Origin: an uncultured delta proteobacterium
Lineage (GTDB): Bacteria; Desulfobacterota; RBG-13-43-22
Assembly (NCBI GenBank): GCA_963790475.1
Contig: CAWBOS010000013.1
Coordinates: 449,730-513,729 of the forward strand
Reading direction: 5' to 3'
DNA length: 64,000 nt
The position numbers and the translations under genes are program-made. Every line of letters starts with the position of its first letter. Positions within the stretch are counted from its first letter, which is position 1. This document shows, piece after piece, positions 23,522 through 33,935 of the stretch. The notes under the pieces are model-generated. The model saw only the letters and a list, made by a program, of their open reading frames with translations, was not told the origin of the DNA and did no database searches.

Positions 23522-23596
23522 TTCAATTGCGGAGTTCGGATTGCAGATTATGGAGTATGCATTCCAATCTACCAAGAAGAATATCAATAATAAGAA

Positions 23597-23623
23597 AAGG
23601 GCGAGACCTATAGTCCCGCCCTT
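23597..23623 (+). terminator. GC hairpin, possible intrinsic terminator
   Basis: aagggcgagac...gtcccgccctt downstream of patatin gene. Confidence 0.4.
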
Positions 23624-24105
23624 CAGAGCTTTTATTAATATCCTGCCTATCTAAAAAATATAAGGATAGGTATTGGTCCTATTGGGGTCATTCTGCCGGA
23701 TTATTTACCTGACCTCCAGAAGTAACCGTTATCTGTTTTCCACCGCCTATCACTTCCCCTATGACCAGTCCGGGACTAATCGAAATCTCCCGTTTCGGGG
23801 CTAGAATAATTCCATTTACCATTGTATCGGGGACCCCATTTGTGGTTCCTCCGCTTCTGCGTACCTTCACAGGGGAAACCCTGCCTGGCCCATAAGGCCG
23901 ACGAAGTACTGATTGACAACCCTTTAAACTGGAGCTTTCTTTAACCTGGGTCGTCAATCAGAACCTATCCTTCTGTCTGTTTCTGTCTGCCTTGTCCGTG
24001 GCAAAATAAAGAAATTTTCCCTTTTTTCAAAGAGCTAAATTGATACCGTAAAAAAAGATTGACCCTACACTAACAGTTGTGTTAAGAATTGTGTGGAGGT
24101 TCAAC

Positions 24106-24306
24106 ATGGCTACCAATCTGGCAATTGACGATAAACTCATCATAGAGGCCCAATTAATCGGAGGAACAAAGACCAAAAAGGCCGCCGTTACCGAAGCCCT
24201 GGAGGAGTACATTCAAAGAAGAAAGCAGCTTCAACTCACTTCCCTGTTTGGGAAAATTGAATACGACCCCAAATACGATTATAAAAAAACCCGAACACGG
24301 AAATGA
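24106..24306 (+). CDS. vapB: VapB-type antitoxin
   Basis: MATNLAIDDKL..TKKAAVTEAL RHH pattern; ATGA overlap with PIN gene. Confidence 0.88.
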   Translation: MATNLAIDDKLIIEAQLIGGTKTKKAAVTEALEEYIQRRKQLQLTSLFGKIEYDPKYDYKKTRTRK

Positions 24307-24734
24307 AAGTACTCGTTGATACACCGGTTTGGTCCTTGGCTTTGAGACGATCCGCTTCCCGGTCCCCGGAAGATCGAATTCTGGTAGATGAATTTTATGA
24401 ACTGATCAATGAGACCCGGGTTGTCCTCATTGGTCCTGTTCGGCAAGAGTTGCTGTCCGGCATTCCTAATTACAACCAATTTACTATTTTAAAAGAAAAG
24501 TTGCAGGCCTTTGAAGACTTGTCTCTTAAACGGGAGGCCTATGAAATGGCCGCAGAATTTTACAACACCTGCCGGAAAGCAGGGGTCCAAGGCTCACAGA
24601 TTGATTTCCTAATATGTTCTGCCAGCGTGAGCGCCGGGATCCCGATTTTTACTACCGATAAAGATTTTTCCCTCTACGCCAAACACATCAAGTTATCGCT
24701 CTACCATCCACGTAAGACCAAAGCTGAACATTAA
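24303..24734 (+). CDS. vapC: VapC PIN-domain toxin
   Basis: VLVDT, QELLSG, IDFLI, TTDKDF. Confidence 0.9.
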   Translation: MKVLVDTPVWSLALRRSASRSPEDRILVDEFYELINETRVVLIGPVRQELLSGIPNYNQFTILKEKLQAFEDLSLKREAYEMAAEFYNTCRKAGVQGSQIDFLICSASVSAGIPIFTTDKDFSLYAKHIKLSLYHPRKTKAEH

Positions 24735-24790
24735 TGGATGGATTTGAATTTCCATAACCTTCAATAGGTTGTGGAATTGCCTTAGAAACT

Positions 24791-25702
24791 ATGAAAAAAG
24801 GATTTCACCTCTGGATAGGTCTCGCCTGCCTGTTGATTTTTCAAACCGCCCTGGTTCTCAGGATCGAACCGGTGACCACCTATTTTTATTCCCTGATCTG
24901 GTGGTCCTATATTGTCGTTATCGACGGGTTGGTTTTTCGTCTCCGCGGGAATTCCCTGATCGTCAATCAGACCAGAAAGTTTTTTCTCTTAATCCCCTGG
25001 TCGGTAGCCATTTGGCTGATCTTTGAAGGATTCAATCTGGTTTTGAAAAACTGGCATTATGTCGGTGTGACGAAAGAGATAATGATCCGCTGGCCGGGAT
25101 ATTTTGTAGCCTTTGGTACGGTCCTGCCGGCCATCCTGGAAACGAAAGACTTTTTATCTGCTTTGGGAATTTTTGAGAAAAGTCAAGTGACCCCCATTCC
25201 GGTTCAGGCCTCCTGGTACAAGCCTTTGATTATTACCGGGTCCTTGTGCCTGATACTCCCTTTGCTTTTACCGCAATTTTGTTTTCCTCTGGTGTGGGTG
25301 GGTTTTGTTTTTCTCCTGGAGCCTTCCAATCATCGCGCCGGGAGACAATCCCTGTTAAGGGATCTGCAAGAGGGGAAGTCCGGAAACCTGTTTCAACTTC
25401 TAATGTCCGGCATGATCTGCGGACTGCTTTGGGAATTCTGGAATTTCTGGGCCGTGTCCAAATGGATCTATGCCGTCCCTTTCGTGGGACAAATCAAACT
25501 TTTCGAAATGCCGGTCCTGGGCTTTTTCGGATTTCCACCCTTTGCCCTGGATTGTTTTGTCATGGTCCATTTCCTGCGATTACTGGAATCCCGATCGGAC
25601 GGGAAGCAGAAATTTATCTGGCAGGCCATCCCTTTATGGTTGTTCTTATACGGGGTCATGTTTTCAGCAATTGATTTGTACACGGTCAAATCTTTCGGAT
25701 GA
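24791..25702 (+). CDS. multi-pass membrane protein of unknown function
   Basis: Many TM segments; WEFWNFWA and FEMPVLGFFGFPPF motifs. Confidence 0.75.
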   Translation: MKKGFHLWIGLACLLIFQTALVLRIEPVTTYFYSLIWWSYIVVIDGLVFRLRGNSLIVNQTRKFFLLIPWSVAIWLIFEGFNLVLKNWHYVGVTKEIMIRWPGYFVAFGTVLPAILETKDFLSALGIFEKSQVTPIPVQASWYKPLIITGSLCLILPLLLPQFCFPLVWVGFVFLLEPSNHRAGRQSLLRDLQEGKSGNLFQLLMSGMICGLLWEFWNFWAVSKWIYAVPFVGQIKLFEMPVLGFFGFPPFALDCFVMVHFLRLLESRSDGKQKFIWQAIPLWLFLYGVMFSAIDLYTVKSFG

Positions 25703-25792
25703 TCCTTAATCCGCACGACTTTGGAAAAAGGATTATTCTCAGCAAAGGACTCGGAGATATCAGTCTGTCTATTTGAAAAGGGGAAAAAGTAA

Positions 25793-25979
25793 TTCACCAC
25801 TGAGACACGGAGGACGCAGAGAATTTCTCTTTTTCTTTGGCGGGAGGTACCGCCAAAGAAAAGCCAACCTGTCGCTTCGCGAACAAGAGGTTCACAAAGT
25901 GCCATCGGCAGTCAGGTTTTCAAAAATCGGCACCTCCCGATTTTTGAAAAAATAAATATCTCTGTGGCTCTGTGGTGAA
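25793..25979. repeat. divergent member of the CACCGCAAAG/CACCACTGAG MITE-like family
   Basis: ttcaccactgagacacggaggacgcagaga ... ctctgtggctctgtggtgaa, with internal hairpins. Confidence 0.7.
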
Positions 25980-25991
25980 AAAGAGTGTCCT

Positions 25992-27329
25992 ATGGGGAAA
26001 AAAGTCTATTTTATCAGCCTGGGCTGTGCCAAGAACCAAGTGGACAGTGAAGTGATGCTTCATCAACTATCGTCCGCAGGGTTTTCCATCACCCAGGAAC
26101 CTGAGGAAGCCGAAGTAGTGGTCATCAATACCTGCAGCTTCATCGAATCGGCCACCCAGGAGAGCATCGAAACCATTCTGGAAGCCGCCCGTTTAAAAAA
26201 GGAAGGGGCCTGTCAGGTCCTGGCGGTTACCGGATGTTTCCCCCAACGATATAAAAATCTATTAGTAGAGCAGATGCCGGAGGTGGACCTTTTCCTGGGG
26301 ACTGAATCCTTTTTAGGATTGGCCGAGCACATTTCCACCCTCTTGTCCGGGGGAAAAATCCCCAGGATGATCGTTAATCCTCAACCCGGACTCTGGCAAG
26401 AACCTTATCACCGCCTTCTGACTACCACCCCGGGAACAGCTTATCTAAAAATCGCCGAAGGGTGTTCGAATCACTGTGCTTACTGCACCATCCCTTTTAT
26501 TCGGGGACCTTTTCGCAGCCGGGACCCAAAGGTCTTAATCCGGGAAGTCCTGGCCTTATCTGAGCAGAGGGTCCGTGAGCTCATCTTGATCGGCCAGGAT
26601 ACCACGGCTTACGGGACCGACCTTGAACAACCGATTTCCTTAATCGAATTGATCCAACAATTGCTGAAGATCGATTCTTTTGAGTGGCTGCGTCTGCTCT
26701 ATTTGCGCCCGGAAAGGATTACCCCGGATCTCCTGGATTTGATCGCCGGAGAAGAAAGGATATGTCCCTATCTCGATATCCCGATCCAGCATGTCAGTGA
26801 CCGAATTTTGAAAGCCATGAACCGTCCCTGCGGCCAAAAGTTGTTGCGGGATTTGATCCAAAGGATTAAAAAAGTTGTGCCTCAGGCGGCCCTGCGGACC
26901 ACTCTCATGGTGGGTTTCCCGGGTGAGAAGGACAAGGACTTTCAAGAGTTGATGCGGTTTGTTTCGGAAGTGGAATTCGATCACCTGGGCGTTTTCAGGT
27001 ATTCCCCTGAAGAAGGGACCCCGGCTGCCGGTTTTCCCGACCAGGTCTCGGAAGAGATCAGTCATCGTCGGATGGAACTCTTGATGTCCAGGCAGAAAGA
27101 AATCTCTTTAAAAAAGAATCAAAGCCGGATCGGTTTCTTAGAACCGGTACTGATAACCGGCATCAGTCCGGAAAGCGAGTTGTTGATTCAGGGTCGGACC
27201 CGCTTCCAGGCGCCGGAGGTGGATGGGGTGGTCTTTATTACCGACGGGGAACCGAAAATCGGTGAGATTGTTAAGGTGAAAATCACCGAAGCCCATCCCT
27301 ATGATCTGGTGGGGGTAGCGGTCGAGTGA
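25992..27329 (+). CDS. rimO: ribosomal protein S12 methylthiotransferase
   Basis: SLGCAKNQVDSE, YLKIAEGC..CAYC, QAPEVDG. Confidence 0.95.
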   Translation: MGKKVYFISLGCAKNQVDSEVMLHQLSSAGFSITQEPEEAEVVVINTCSFIESATQESIETILEAARLKKEGACQVLAVTGCFPQRYKNLLVEQMPEVDLFLGTESFLGLAEHISTLLSGGKIPRMIVNPQPGLWQEPYHRLLTTTPGTAYLKIAEGCSNHCAYCTIPFIRGPFRSRDPKVLIREVLALSEQRVRELILIGQDTTAYGTDLEQPISLIELIQQLLKIDSFEWLRLLYLRPERITPDLLDLIAGEERICPYLDIPIQHVSDRILKAMNRPCGQKLLRDLIQRIKKVVPQAALRTTLMVGFPGEKDKDFQELMRFVSEVEFDHLGVFRYSPEEGTPAAGFPDQVSEEISHRRMELLMSRQKEISLKKNQSRIGFLEPVLITGISPESELLIQGRTRFQAPEVDGVVFITDGEPKIGEIVKVKITEAHPYDLVGVAVE

Positions 27330-27492
27330 TTAATCTTCAAGCCGGTTCTGGTCAGAGGAGGCTACGGCTGGCAGCAAAAATAATCCAAAGGAAAGAAGCG
27401 GACCTTGACCCTTATGGCGGCGCCATCGACCTATTGGCCAATACATCCGCAAGCCATTTTCAAAATATATTCTAGGTGTGAGGAGGAAGATA

Positions 27493-29043
27493 ATGAGTAA
27501 ACAGGCAGCCCTTCATGAGTTGAAGAGGCGAAAGGAAGTAACTCAGGCCTTAGGCGGACCAAAGGCCATTGAGAGGCATAGAAAAAGAGGACATCTGACC
27601 GCCAGGGAGCGGCTTGATAAATTGCTGGATGAGGGATCATGGCGGGAGATAGGAGAACTTGAGCAGTTTATCGGACCCGACGGCCGGGAATATCATGTCA
27701 ACAAAATTCACGGATACGGCAAAATAAACGGCCGAACCGTCATTGTCCAGACCGATGACAGCACTATTCTGGCAGGAACCGGGGGCCGTAGTGTTTCAGG
27801 ACTGGCGCGGAGGAAGGGGCTTCACGAGGATTTGCTGCCTGAAAGAAACTTCCCTTACATCAGGCTCGGCGAGAGCGGCGGCGTGCATCTGCAAAGCGTC
27901 ATGGGGTCCACCGGCGTCCTGGCCGTAACCTATCCGGCCACGAGGTTGCTCAATCCGCGACGCGTACCCCGGGTAACCGGTATTATGGGCCTTTGTTTTG
28001 GTGATCCGACTTGGCAGGCCTCCATATCCGACTTCGTGGTGCAGGTAAAAGGGACCTGCATGGCTGTTTCCGGTCCGCGCGTGCTGGAAGTAGCCCTCAG
28101 CGAAAAGATCTCCCCCGAAGAATTGGGCGGTTGGAAATTGCATGCGGAAGTGACCGGACAGGTTGATGCCTTTGCTGAGGATGACGAACACTGTATGCGG
28201 ATCATTCGTGAATACCTATCCTACATGCCGTCCCACTGCGACGAGGAGCCGCCCTATATGGCCACGAAGGACCTCCCTGACCGCAAGACTAATAAATTGA
28301 TGGATATCATTCCCGACGTGTCCACCAGGGCTTACGACATGACCAGGGTCATCAAGGACATAGTGGATGAGGGGAAAATGTTTATCCTGAAGCCCTTTTT
28401 CGGCAAAGCCCTGATCACTTGTCTGGGCCGCCTGAACGGTCGAGTGGTGGGCTTTATTGCCAACCAGGTCCTTTATAACGTAGGAGCGGCCGGGGCCCAG
28501 GAATGTGAAAAGGCGACCAGTTTTATTGTCCTTTGCGATTCCTTCAATATCCCGATCATCAATTTGGCAGACACCCCCGGTTTGTTAGTCGGCAAGGAAG
28601 CCGAAACCAAAAAAATTCCCTCCAAGATTATGAACTGGATGGAAGCCCTGGCCCTGGCCACCGTGCCCAAGATTACCGTAATTATTCGCAAGGCCTACGG
28701 TATGGCTATTTCCAATATGGGAGGTCCGAATTGCGGGACTGATTTTATCGCCGCCTTGACAACGGCTGAAATAAGTTTCATGTCTCCCGAAGCGGCGGCC
28801 AACGTGGTTTGGGCTCAAAAAATCGCCGAAGCCGAAGATCCGGAAGCCGAAAGAAAAAGACTGATCGAAGAAATGCAGTACGGAAGCGCCCCCTGGCAGG
28901 CCGCCGCTGACGGCTGGCTGGATGAAGTCTTGGACCCCAGAGATTTGAGAACCTGGGTAATCGAGCGGCTGGAAATCATGCACAGCCGCAAAAATGGTTT
29001 TATGAGCCTGAAAAAATTGCAGGACTGGCCGACCGGTTATTAA
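27493..29043 (+). CDS. acyl-CoA carboxylase carboxyltransferase (beta) family protein
   Basis: LTARER, EELGG, DTPG, RKAYG. Confidence 0.88.
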   Translation: MSKQAALHELKRRKEVTQALGGPKAIERHRKRGHLTARERLDKLLDEGSWREIGELEQFIGPDGREYHVNKIHGYGKINGRTVIVQTDDSTILAGTGGRSVSGLARRKGLHEDLLPERNFPYIRLGESGGVHLQSVMGSTGVLAVTYPATRLLNPRRVPRVTGIMGLCFGDPTWQASISDFVVQVKGTCMAVSGPRVLEVALSEKISPEELGGWKLHAEVTGQVDAFAEDDEHCMRIIREYLSYMPSHCDEEPPYMATKDLPDRKTNKLMDIIPDVSTRAYDMTRVIKDIVDEGKMFILKPFFGKALITCLGRLNGRVVGFIANQVLYNVGAAGAQECEKATSFIVLCDSFNIPIINLADTPGLLVGKEAETKKIPSKIMNWMEALALATVPKITVIIRKAYGMAISNMGGPNCGTDFIAALTTAEISFMSPEAAANVVWAQKIAEAEDPEAERKRLIEEMQYGSAPWQAAADGWLDEVLDPRDLRTWVIERLEIMHSRKNGFMSLKKLQDWPTGY

Positions 29044-29399
29044 TGGTATTACTCCGGTAAATAAAGTCTTAGATAAGTTCGGATCGAAACTTTGAGAATT
29101 TTAATTTCGTGATTACGTTGTTACTGATAATCTCCTAATGTGTCGTCACCCCTTCTATGTTGAAAAGCAAGTCTTTTTTATTAGAGAATGACTTTTTTTT
29201 GGTTTTTAAGGTTTTTAAGATAAACCTCTTCACGGACGGCTGCCTGGATGATCTCCTGAGGAGGCTGAACTACCTGCGATAGAAACAGGCGACCATCCGT
29301 GAAGAGGTCACTTTTGGCAATTCCTTTTTAACCGCAGGAGATAGCCAAGGAAGCCGATCCGTCGATTAATTGATACCAAACTTGAGGGCTGGACCAATC

Positions 29400-29546
29400 T
29401 TTCAAATCAACCTTCTATCAGCAGACATATCTTGATGGATCGCTGCAGAATCTTGATAATGTTAAAATCGTGGGCACGGAGTCTAGTGAAGAGCAGGCAT
29501 CATCTGCCGATGAGCTGCAGGGGTGACGGACCGTTTATGCCCACGA
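29400..29546 (-). ncRNA. predicted bridge/seek RNA of IS110 element 2 (boundaries approximate)
   Basis: Stem 29468-29476/29538-29546 encloses 10/10 and 7/8 matches to target halves; CTTCTAT (29412-29418) matches donor end. Confidence 0.72.
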
Positions 29547-29582
29547 GCCGATTTATCGGATTGGAAGCACCTCTTCGGGTTA

Positions 29583-30653
29583 TTATTGAACTACACCAGG
29601 CACATATTCCACCTGGTTCTTTAACACATAACGAATGCGGTTGAGCAGTTTCCGGGCGATCTTGATAATGGCCCTGGTTTTCTTCATCCGTTGGCAATAT
29701 TCATTAAAGGCCAAAAGCAGGACCGGGTCCTTGCGGGCCGCCACCCAGGCGGCTTCGATGAGCAAAGCCCTTAATTGGGGGTTTCGCCGGTGGGTTAAGT
29801 TTTTTATATGTTCGGTCTCCCCACTGGATTCGACATCGGGGATTAATCCGACATAACTGGCCAACTTGTCGAGGGAGACAAAGCGGGCCAACTCACCCAG
29901 CTCGGTCAGGAAAATCATGGCCGCCAGGGTACTGATCCCCGGGATCGTTTTTAACAACCGGACCCTTTCGCGATATTCTGCTTCCCGGGCCAGCAAAATG
30001 ATGGACCGGTTTAAAGAAGCGATGATCCGTTTCAGATGATGGAGTTCGTCTAAGTGGGCCTTGAGGGCCATATCGCCACTGGTCCGCTCCATACGAAGAT
30101 TTTCGAGACAGCCAAGAAATTTTTGAGACCAATGGCGGTCAACAACTTCTTCGGGCAGAGTAATCCCATAGAAGTAAAGGAGCGCCTTAATTTGATTTTT
30201 ACACCGGGTTTGCTTTCTCACCATACTTTGGCGGGTTCGAACCAGACTGCGATCCTCCAGCTTCGGACGGCTCGGGACGTAAATCCCTTTCAGTTCCCCG
30301 CTCCGGAGGCTCCTGCCCAGCTTGCGGCTGTCGGTTCGATCCCGCCTAGTGGTCCGTTCTTTATTGGTCGTCGGGACATCGGCCGGGTTGACCACGATGC
30401 AATTCACCCCTTTTTCCTGAAGCTGATCGTGAGCCCAGAAGCCGCTAAACCCGGCCTCATAGGCCGCCTGATAGCTCGCTCCAGGAAAGTTCTTTCGAAG
30501 ATAATGGACCAGTTTGTCTGCTTCTGGAGGTTGGGTAAAAGTCTTATGCTCGCACTGTCTAGAAAAAATGCTCACGCTCCAACTCTTCTTGTGGACATCC
30601 AGTCCCACGTAAATCGATTGACCCGAAAAATCCAATTTGTTAATCTGTACCAC
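29583..30653 (-). CDS. IS110-family transposase/recombinase
   Basis: GLDVHK, YEAG, RDRTD, ESSG, IARKLL. Confidence 0.95.
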   Translation of the reverse strand: MVQINKLDFSGQSIYVGLDVHKKSWSVSIFSRQCEHKTFTQPPEADKLVHYLRKNFPGASYQAAYEAGFSGFWAHDQLQEKGVNCIVVNPADVPTTNKERTTRRDRTDSRKLGRSLRSGELKGIYVPSRPKLEDRSLVRTRQSMVRKQTRCKNQIKALLYFYGITLPEEVVDRHWSQKFLGCLENLRMERTSGDMALKAHLDELHHLKRIIASLNRSIILLAREAEYRERVRLLKTIPGISTLAAMIFLTELGELARFVSLDKLASYVGLIPDVESSGETEHIKNLTHRRNPQLRALLIEAAWVAARKDPVLLLAFNEYCQRMKKTRAIIKIARKLLNRIRYVLKNQVEYVPGVVQ

Positions 30654-30720
30654 GGCAAGTCTCCTTTCGGTTTGTTTTTTTACCCTAAAAAAAGTATATC
30701 CGAAAGCTTCGAGACTTGCC
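30654..30720 (-). promoter_or_regulatory. 5' hairpin occluding transposase RBS
   Basis: GGCAAGTCTC (30654-30663) / GAGACTTGCC (30711-30720) plus CTTTCGG/CCGAAAG. Confidence 0.65.
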
Positions 30721-30741
30721 TTTCTTTTTCAATCATAAGGT

Positions 30742-30810
30742 CTGGTGAAAACCGGGGTCCAGGATTATATCTAATTGACAATTCTGGATTCCGACTTTCG
30801 TCAGAATGAC
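30742..30810. repeat. REP-like palindrome pair, target of IS110 element 2 (left tip at 29145-29153)
   Basis: ..ggtgaaaaccggggtccag ... ctggattccgactttcgtcagaatgac. Confidence 0.75.
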
Positions 30811-30981
30811 AAAAATAGGCTTCCCATGATTTCTTTCCCTAGATCATCCTTGATGGATTCTCGTTATTTTAAGAATTACAATTTTATATATTTTACTGCC
30901 ATAGTAATAGTGGGTGTGCCCCTGCGAATTGTACACCAGAGCATCATTAGCCTTATCGGTTTCGATTTAAAATAAACAGTC

Positions 30982-31009
30982 CGCCCCACCGAAGAGATTA
31001 GGTGGGGCG
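30982..31009 (-). terminator. GC hairpin, probable terminator
   Basis: cgccccacc...ggtggggcg just after the methyltransferase stop. Confidence 0.5.
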
Positions 31010-31024
31010 AAGAAACCCGAATAA

Positions 31025-31870
31025 TTAGTGGTTTGGTTTAATAGCTGCCAGGGATAAATATTCCCAGGGATAAACCAGAAAACCTATATTTGAAATTCCC
31101 CAGGTGATTTTGTGGTTAATAATAAGACTGACCGAATGGGAAAGAACCCATCGGCGAAAATGAGGTTTTACGTAGGCAGTAATGTTTCTATCGTCAATAA
31201 TTTCAAATCCCGCCTCCCGAACCTTCCCGATATAGTCAGCTAAGCCGTGAATGTTGGCCGATGGGATATATAAGTTATCCTGCAAATGGGCTAAAGTAAT
31301 TTTCTCCAAGGCATTCCGGGGCTGATTATACACAATATCCGCCAGCGACAAGATACCGCCAGGCTTCAGTGTTCGAAAGGCCTCCCGGAAGAAATCTTCT
31401 CTTGAATCAAAATGAAAAGCCGATTCCGTACTGATCATTTTGTCGATGGAATTATCGGCAAATTGCAGATCTGTTGCCGACATTTTTGTAATTGTAATTC
31501 GACCTTGCAGATTCTGCCGCGCGATTCTCTCTTTGGATTGTTCAATCTGATACTGCGAAATATTTATGCCGATAACCTTAGGGCAATGAAAATCCGTGGC
31601 GCAGAGAAGCGCCGCATTTCCGAACCCGCAACCAATATCAGCGACAAGATGATCTCTCTCCGACAATCGAGCGTTTTCACATACTAATTGGAAAAGCGCG
31701 TAATTGGAACGGAACAAATTCCTTTTGCCGTTAGAGTTTAGCCCCTTCCAGTATCCCATGTTGACCAGGGAGATATGGGTTCGGGCATCATAGGCAAGGG
31801 GCGCCTTGCCCATAAAATCGTACAGGGCGCCTGCGTCAGGGAAAGTAGCGCTGACCTTATTTTTTTTCAT
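31025..31870 (-). CDS. class I SAM-dependent methyltransferase
   Basis: NMGYW, ADIGCGFG, ESAFHF, LKPGG. Confidence 0.88.
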   Translation of the reverse strand: MKKNKVSATFPDAGALYDFMGKAPLAYDARTHISLVNMGYWKGLNSNGKRNLFRSNYALFQLVCENARLSERDHLVADIGCGFGNAALLCATDFHCPKVIGINISQYQIEQSKERIARQNLQGRITITKMSATDLQFADNSIDKMISTESAFHFDSREDFFREAFRTLKPGGILSLADIVYNQPRNALEKITLAHLQDNLYIPSANIHGLADYIGKVREAGFEIIDDRNITAYVKPHFRRWVLSHSVSLIINHKITWGISNIGFLVYPWEYLSLAAIKPNH

Positions 31871-31893
31871 CAGATACAGAACTCAGAGGCCTC

Positions 31894-33012
31894 TTAAACT
31901 TTTTCTTCCCATTCTTTGCCCGCCAGCGGGTTGTTTTTACAAAGGGGCGCGTCCGGAGGCAATTTACGCTCAAAGGCCGGGGCGAAACAGTTGATACTGC
32001 AGGACTCGCAGGCGATTACTTCTTCAAATCGATTTTCCTTCACTTTTAAAGGCCAGTAAGGGTCGGTGATCAATTGTCGGCCGATGGCCACCATATCCGC
32101 CTGTCCTTTTTCCAGAATCGATTCGGCCACCTCGGGGGTGTTGATTCTACCCACGGCGATCACCGGTATTTTAACCACTTTTTTAATAGGCTCAGCGAGA
32201 TAGACAAAAGTGCCCATCGGTTGTTTTTTGCTGGGGGAGACCGGATTCGGTCCCCAACCGCCGGTAGATATATCCAGGCAATCCACACCGGCTTTCTCCA
32301 ATTCCTGAGCGTAGATCAAACTATCCTGGTGTATTTTACCGATTTCTTCCAAGGCCCCCAGCCGATACAGAATGGGGAAATCCGGCCCCACAAAAGCGCG
32401 CATGGCTTTGACGATATCCAGTCCAAGTTTCATTCTGCCTGCCAAATCACCGCCGAACTGGTCCGTTCGCTGATTGGTCGCCGGGTTGGAAAATTGGGCC
32501 AACAAGTAGGAATGCGCCCCATGGATTTCCACACAGTCAAACCCGGCCTCACGCACATTGCGGGCGCCCTTGGCAAAGCGGTAAATGATGGCGTCAATTT
32601 CGGGGAGGGTCAAAGCCCGCCTATCCCCCGACGCCGAAGGGGCAATACTTTCTCCGCTGTCTGGATCCATTTCTTTGCCGGCGGCTTGTACCCCCTTTCC
32701 CTGTGGAAAGCGGTTCGCCTGCCATAACTGAACCCCGATTTTGCCGCCGGCAGTGTGGACCTCACCGATAAAAACACCCAGTCTTTTGAGAAAATCCTTC
32801 AGGCCTGAGGTCCCGCCCCAGAGGTCTTCGCAGGCAAAGTTATCGATCGCCGTATTGGCCGTTAAAATGAGACCGGCACCTCCCCGGGCGCGCTCACTGT
32901 AAAAAGCCCGCGCCCGCCGGCCGTTCATGCCCATATTCAATTGAATAGCCGGATAGACTATGCGGTTCGGTACGATCATGCTGCGGATGGTAATCGGTTC
33001 GAATAATTTCAT
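31894..33012 (-). CDS. NADH:flavin oxidoreductase (old yellow enzyme family)
   Basis: ERARGGAGL, EIHGAHSYL, NQRTDQFGG, CESCSINC. Confidence 0.9.
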   Translation of the reverse strand: MKLFEPITIRSMIVPNRIVYPAIQLNMGMNGRRARAFYSERARGGAGLILTANTAIDNFACEDLWGGTSGLKDFLKRLGVFIGEVHTAGGKIGVQLWQANRFPQGKGVQAAGKEMDPDSGESIAPSASGDRRALTLPEIDAIIYRFAKGARNVREAGFDCVEIHGAHSYLLAQFSNPATNQRTDQFGGDLAGRMKLGLDIVKAMRAFVGPDFPILYRLGALEEIGKIHQDSLIYAQELEKAGVDCLDISTGGWGPNPVSPSKKQPMGTFVYLAEPIKKVVKIPVIAVGRINTPEVAESILEKGQADMVAIGRQLITDPYWPLKVKENRFEEVIACESCSINCFAPAFERKLPPDAPLCKNNPLAGKEWEEKV

Positions 33013-33234
33013 GAGGGTCCCTTTCTTATTGCTCTTTTAAAAACATATTATTGGATTAAGATCATGGCCCCTTGGAAGGAAAAAAACAATCCTTAAGCGG
33101 CAGCTTGCAACATAGGATACTTGGTTTATGGACAATTATCAATAGCCTTAAATCGAATTCAATAAAGGGATTGACGCTCGATGGGCAAGCTGATAACGTT
33201 CAAAACGTTTCTACCTCAGGAAGGAGTAAAGACC

Positions 33235-33863
33235 ATGAAATTGGATGGAAAAGTTGCCGTTATCACCGGGAGCAGTCGTGGGATAGGCAGCAGATTGCTC
33301 TGACCTTTGCCAAGCACGGTGCGAAAATCGCCGTAGTTGCCCGTACGGAAAAGGAAGGGGCGAGTAAATTACCGGGAACAATTCACCAGGCCGTAGCGGA
33401 AATCCGCGCTCTTGGGGGCACGGCCATACCGGTCAGGACTGACATCACTGTAGATGTCGATATTGAAAATATGGCCAAACGCGTATTGGAGGAGTGGGGT
33501 CAGGTCGATATCCTTATGACCTCCATAGCGGCGAAGCGGCAGGCCCCGCCGGGCGAGGTCTGCTACCGCATCACCAAGGTCGGCATCGAGTATTTTGCCT
33601 GGGGACTGGCGCAGGAGGTAAAGCCGTACAATATAGCCGTCAACGACCTCTACCCCACCGGAGGCGTGACTACGGATGGGTTCAAAAAGGTCTTTGCCAA
33701 ACACCATCTTTCAGACGACATCTTGAAAAGGATGAAGAGCCCGGAGCAGATTGCCGAGGCGGCACTGTGGCTGGCCCTGCAAACGGGTGAGACTATTACC
33801 GGTCACTCCGTGAATGATGATGAGGTACGGTCGCTCAGTGAAAAATCCAATCAGAAATCATAA
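33235..33863 (+). pseudogene. SDR oxidoreductase, frameshifted and internally deleted
   Basis: MKLDGKVAVITGSSRGIG lies in a different frame from the rest; NNAG region missing after VDIL; YRITK motif. Confidence 0.7.
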
Positions 33864-33935
33864 TCAGGAATCAAAGCTCTCCTATTAAATCATATCGGAT
33901 CAGGCATTAGTAATGCCCTTATTATATGATCCCGA

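Larger units (their letters stand above)
29152..30743 (-). mobile_element. complete IS110-family element 2 (core CT on + at 29152-29153 and 30742-30743), imperfect sub-terminal inverted repeats
   Basis: Removal rebuilds GTCACCCCTGGTGAAAACCGGGGTCCAG palindrome; TATGTTGAAAAG / CTTTTTCAATCATA near ends. Confidence 0.88.

Noticed and set aside
23688-23957. 89-aa ORF between patatin and vapB
   Set aside because: No motif or convincing start; possibly a gene remnant.
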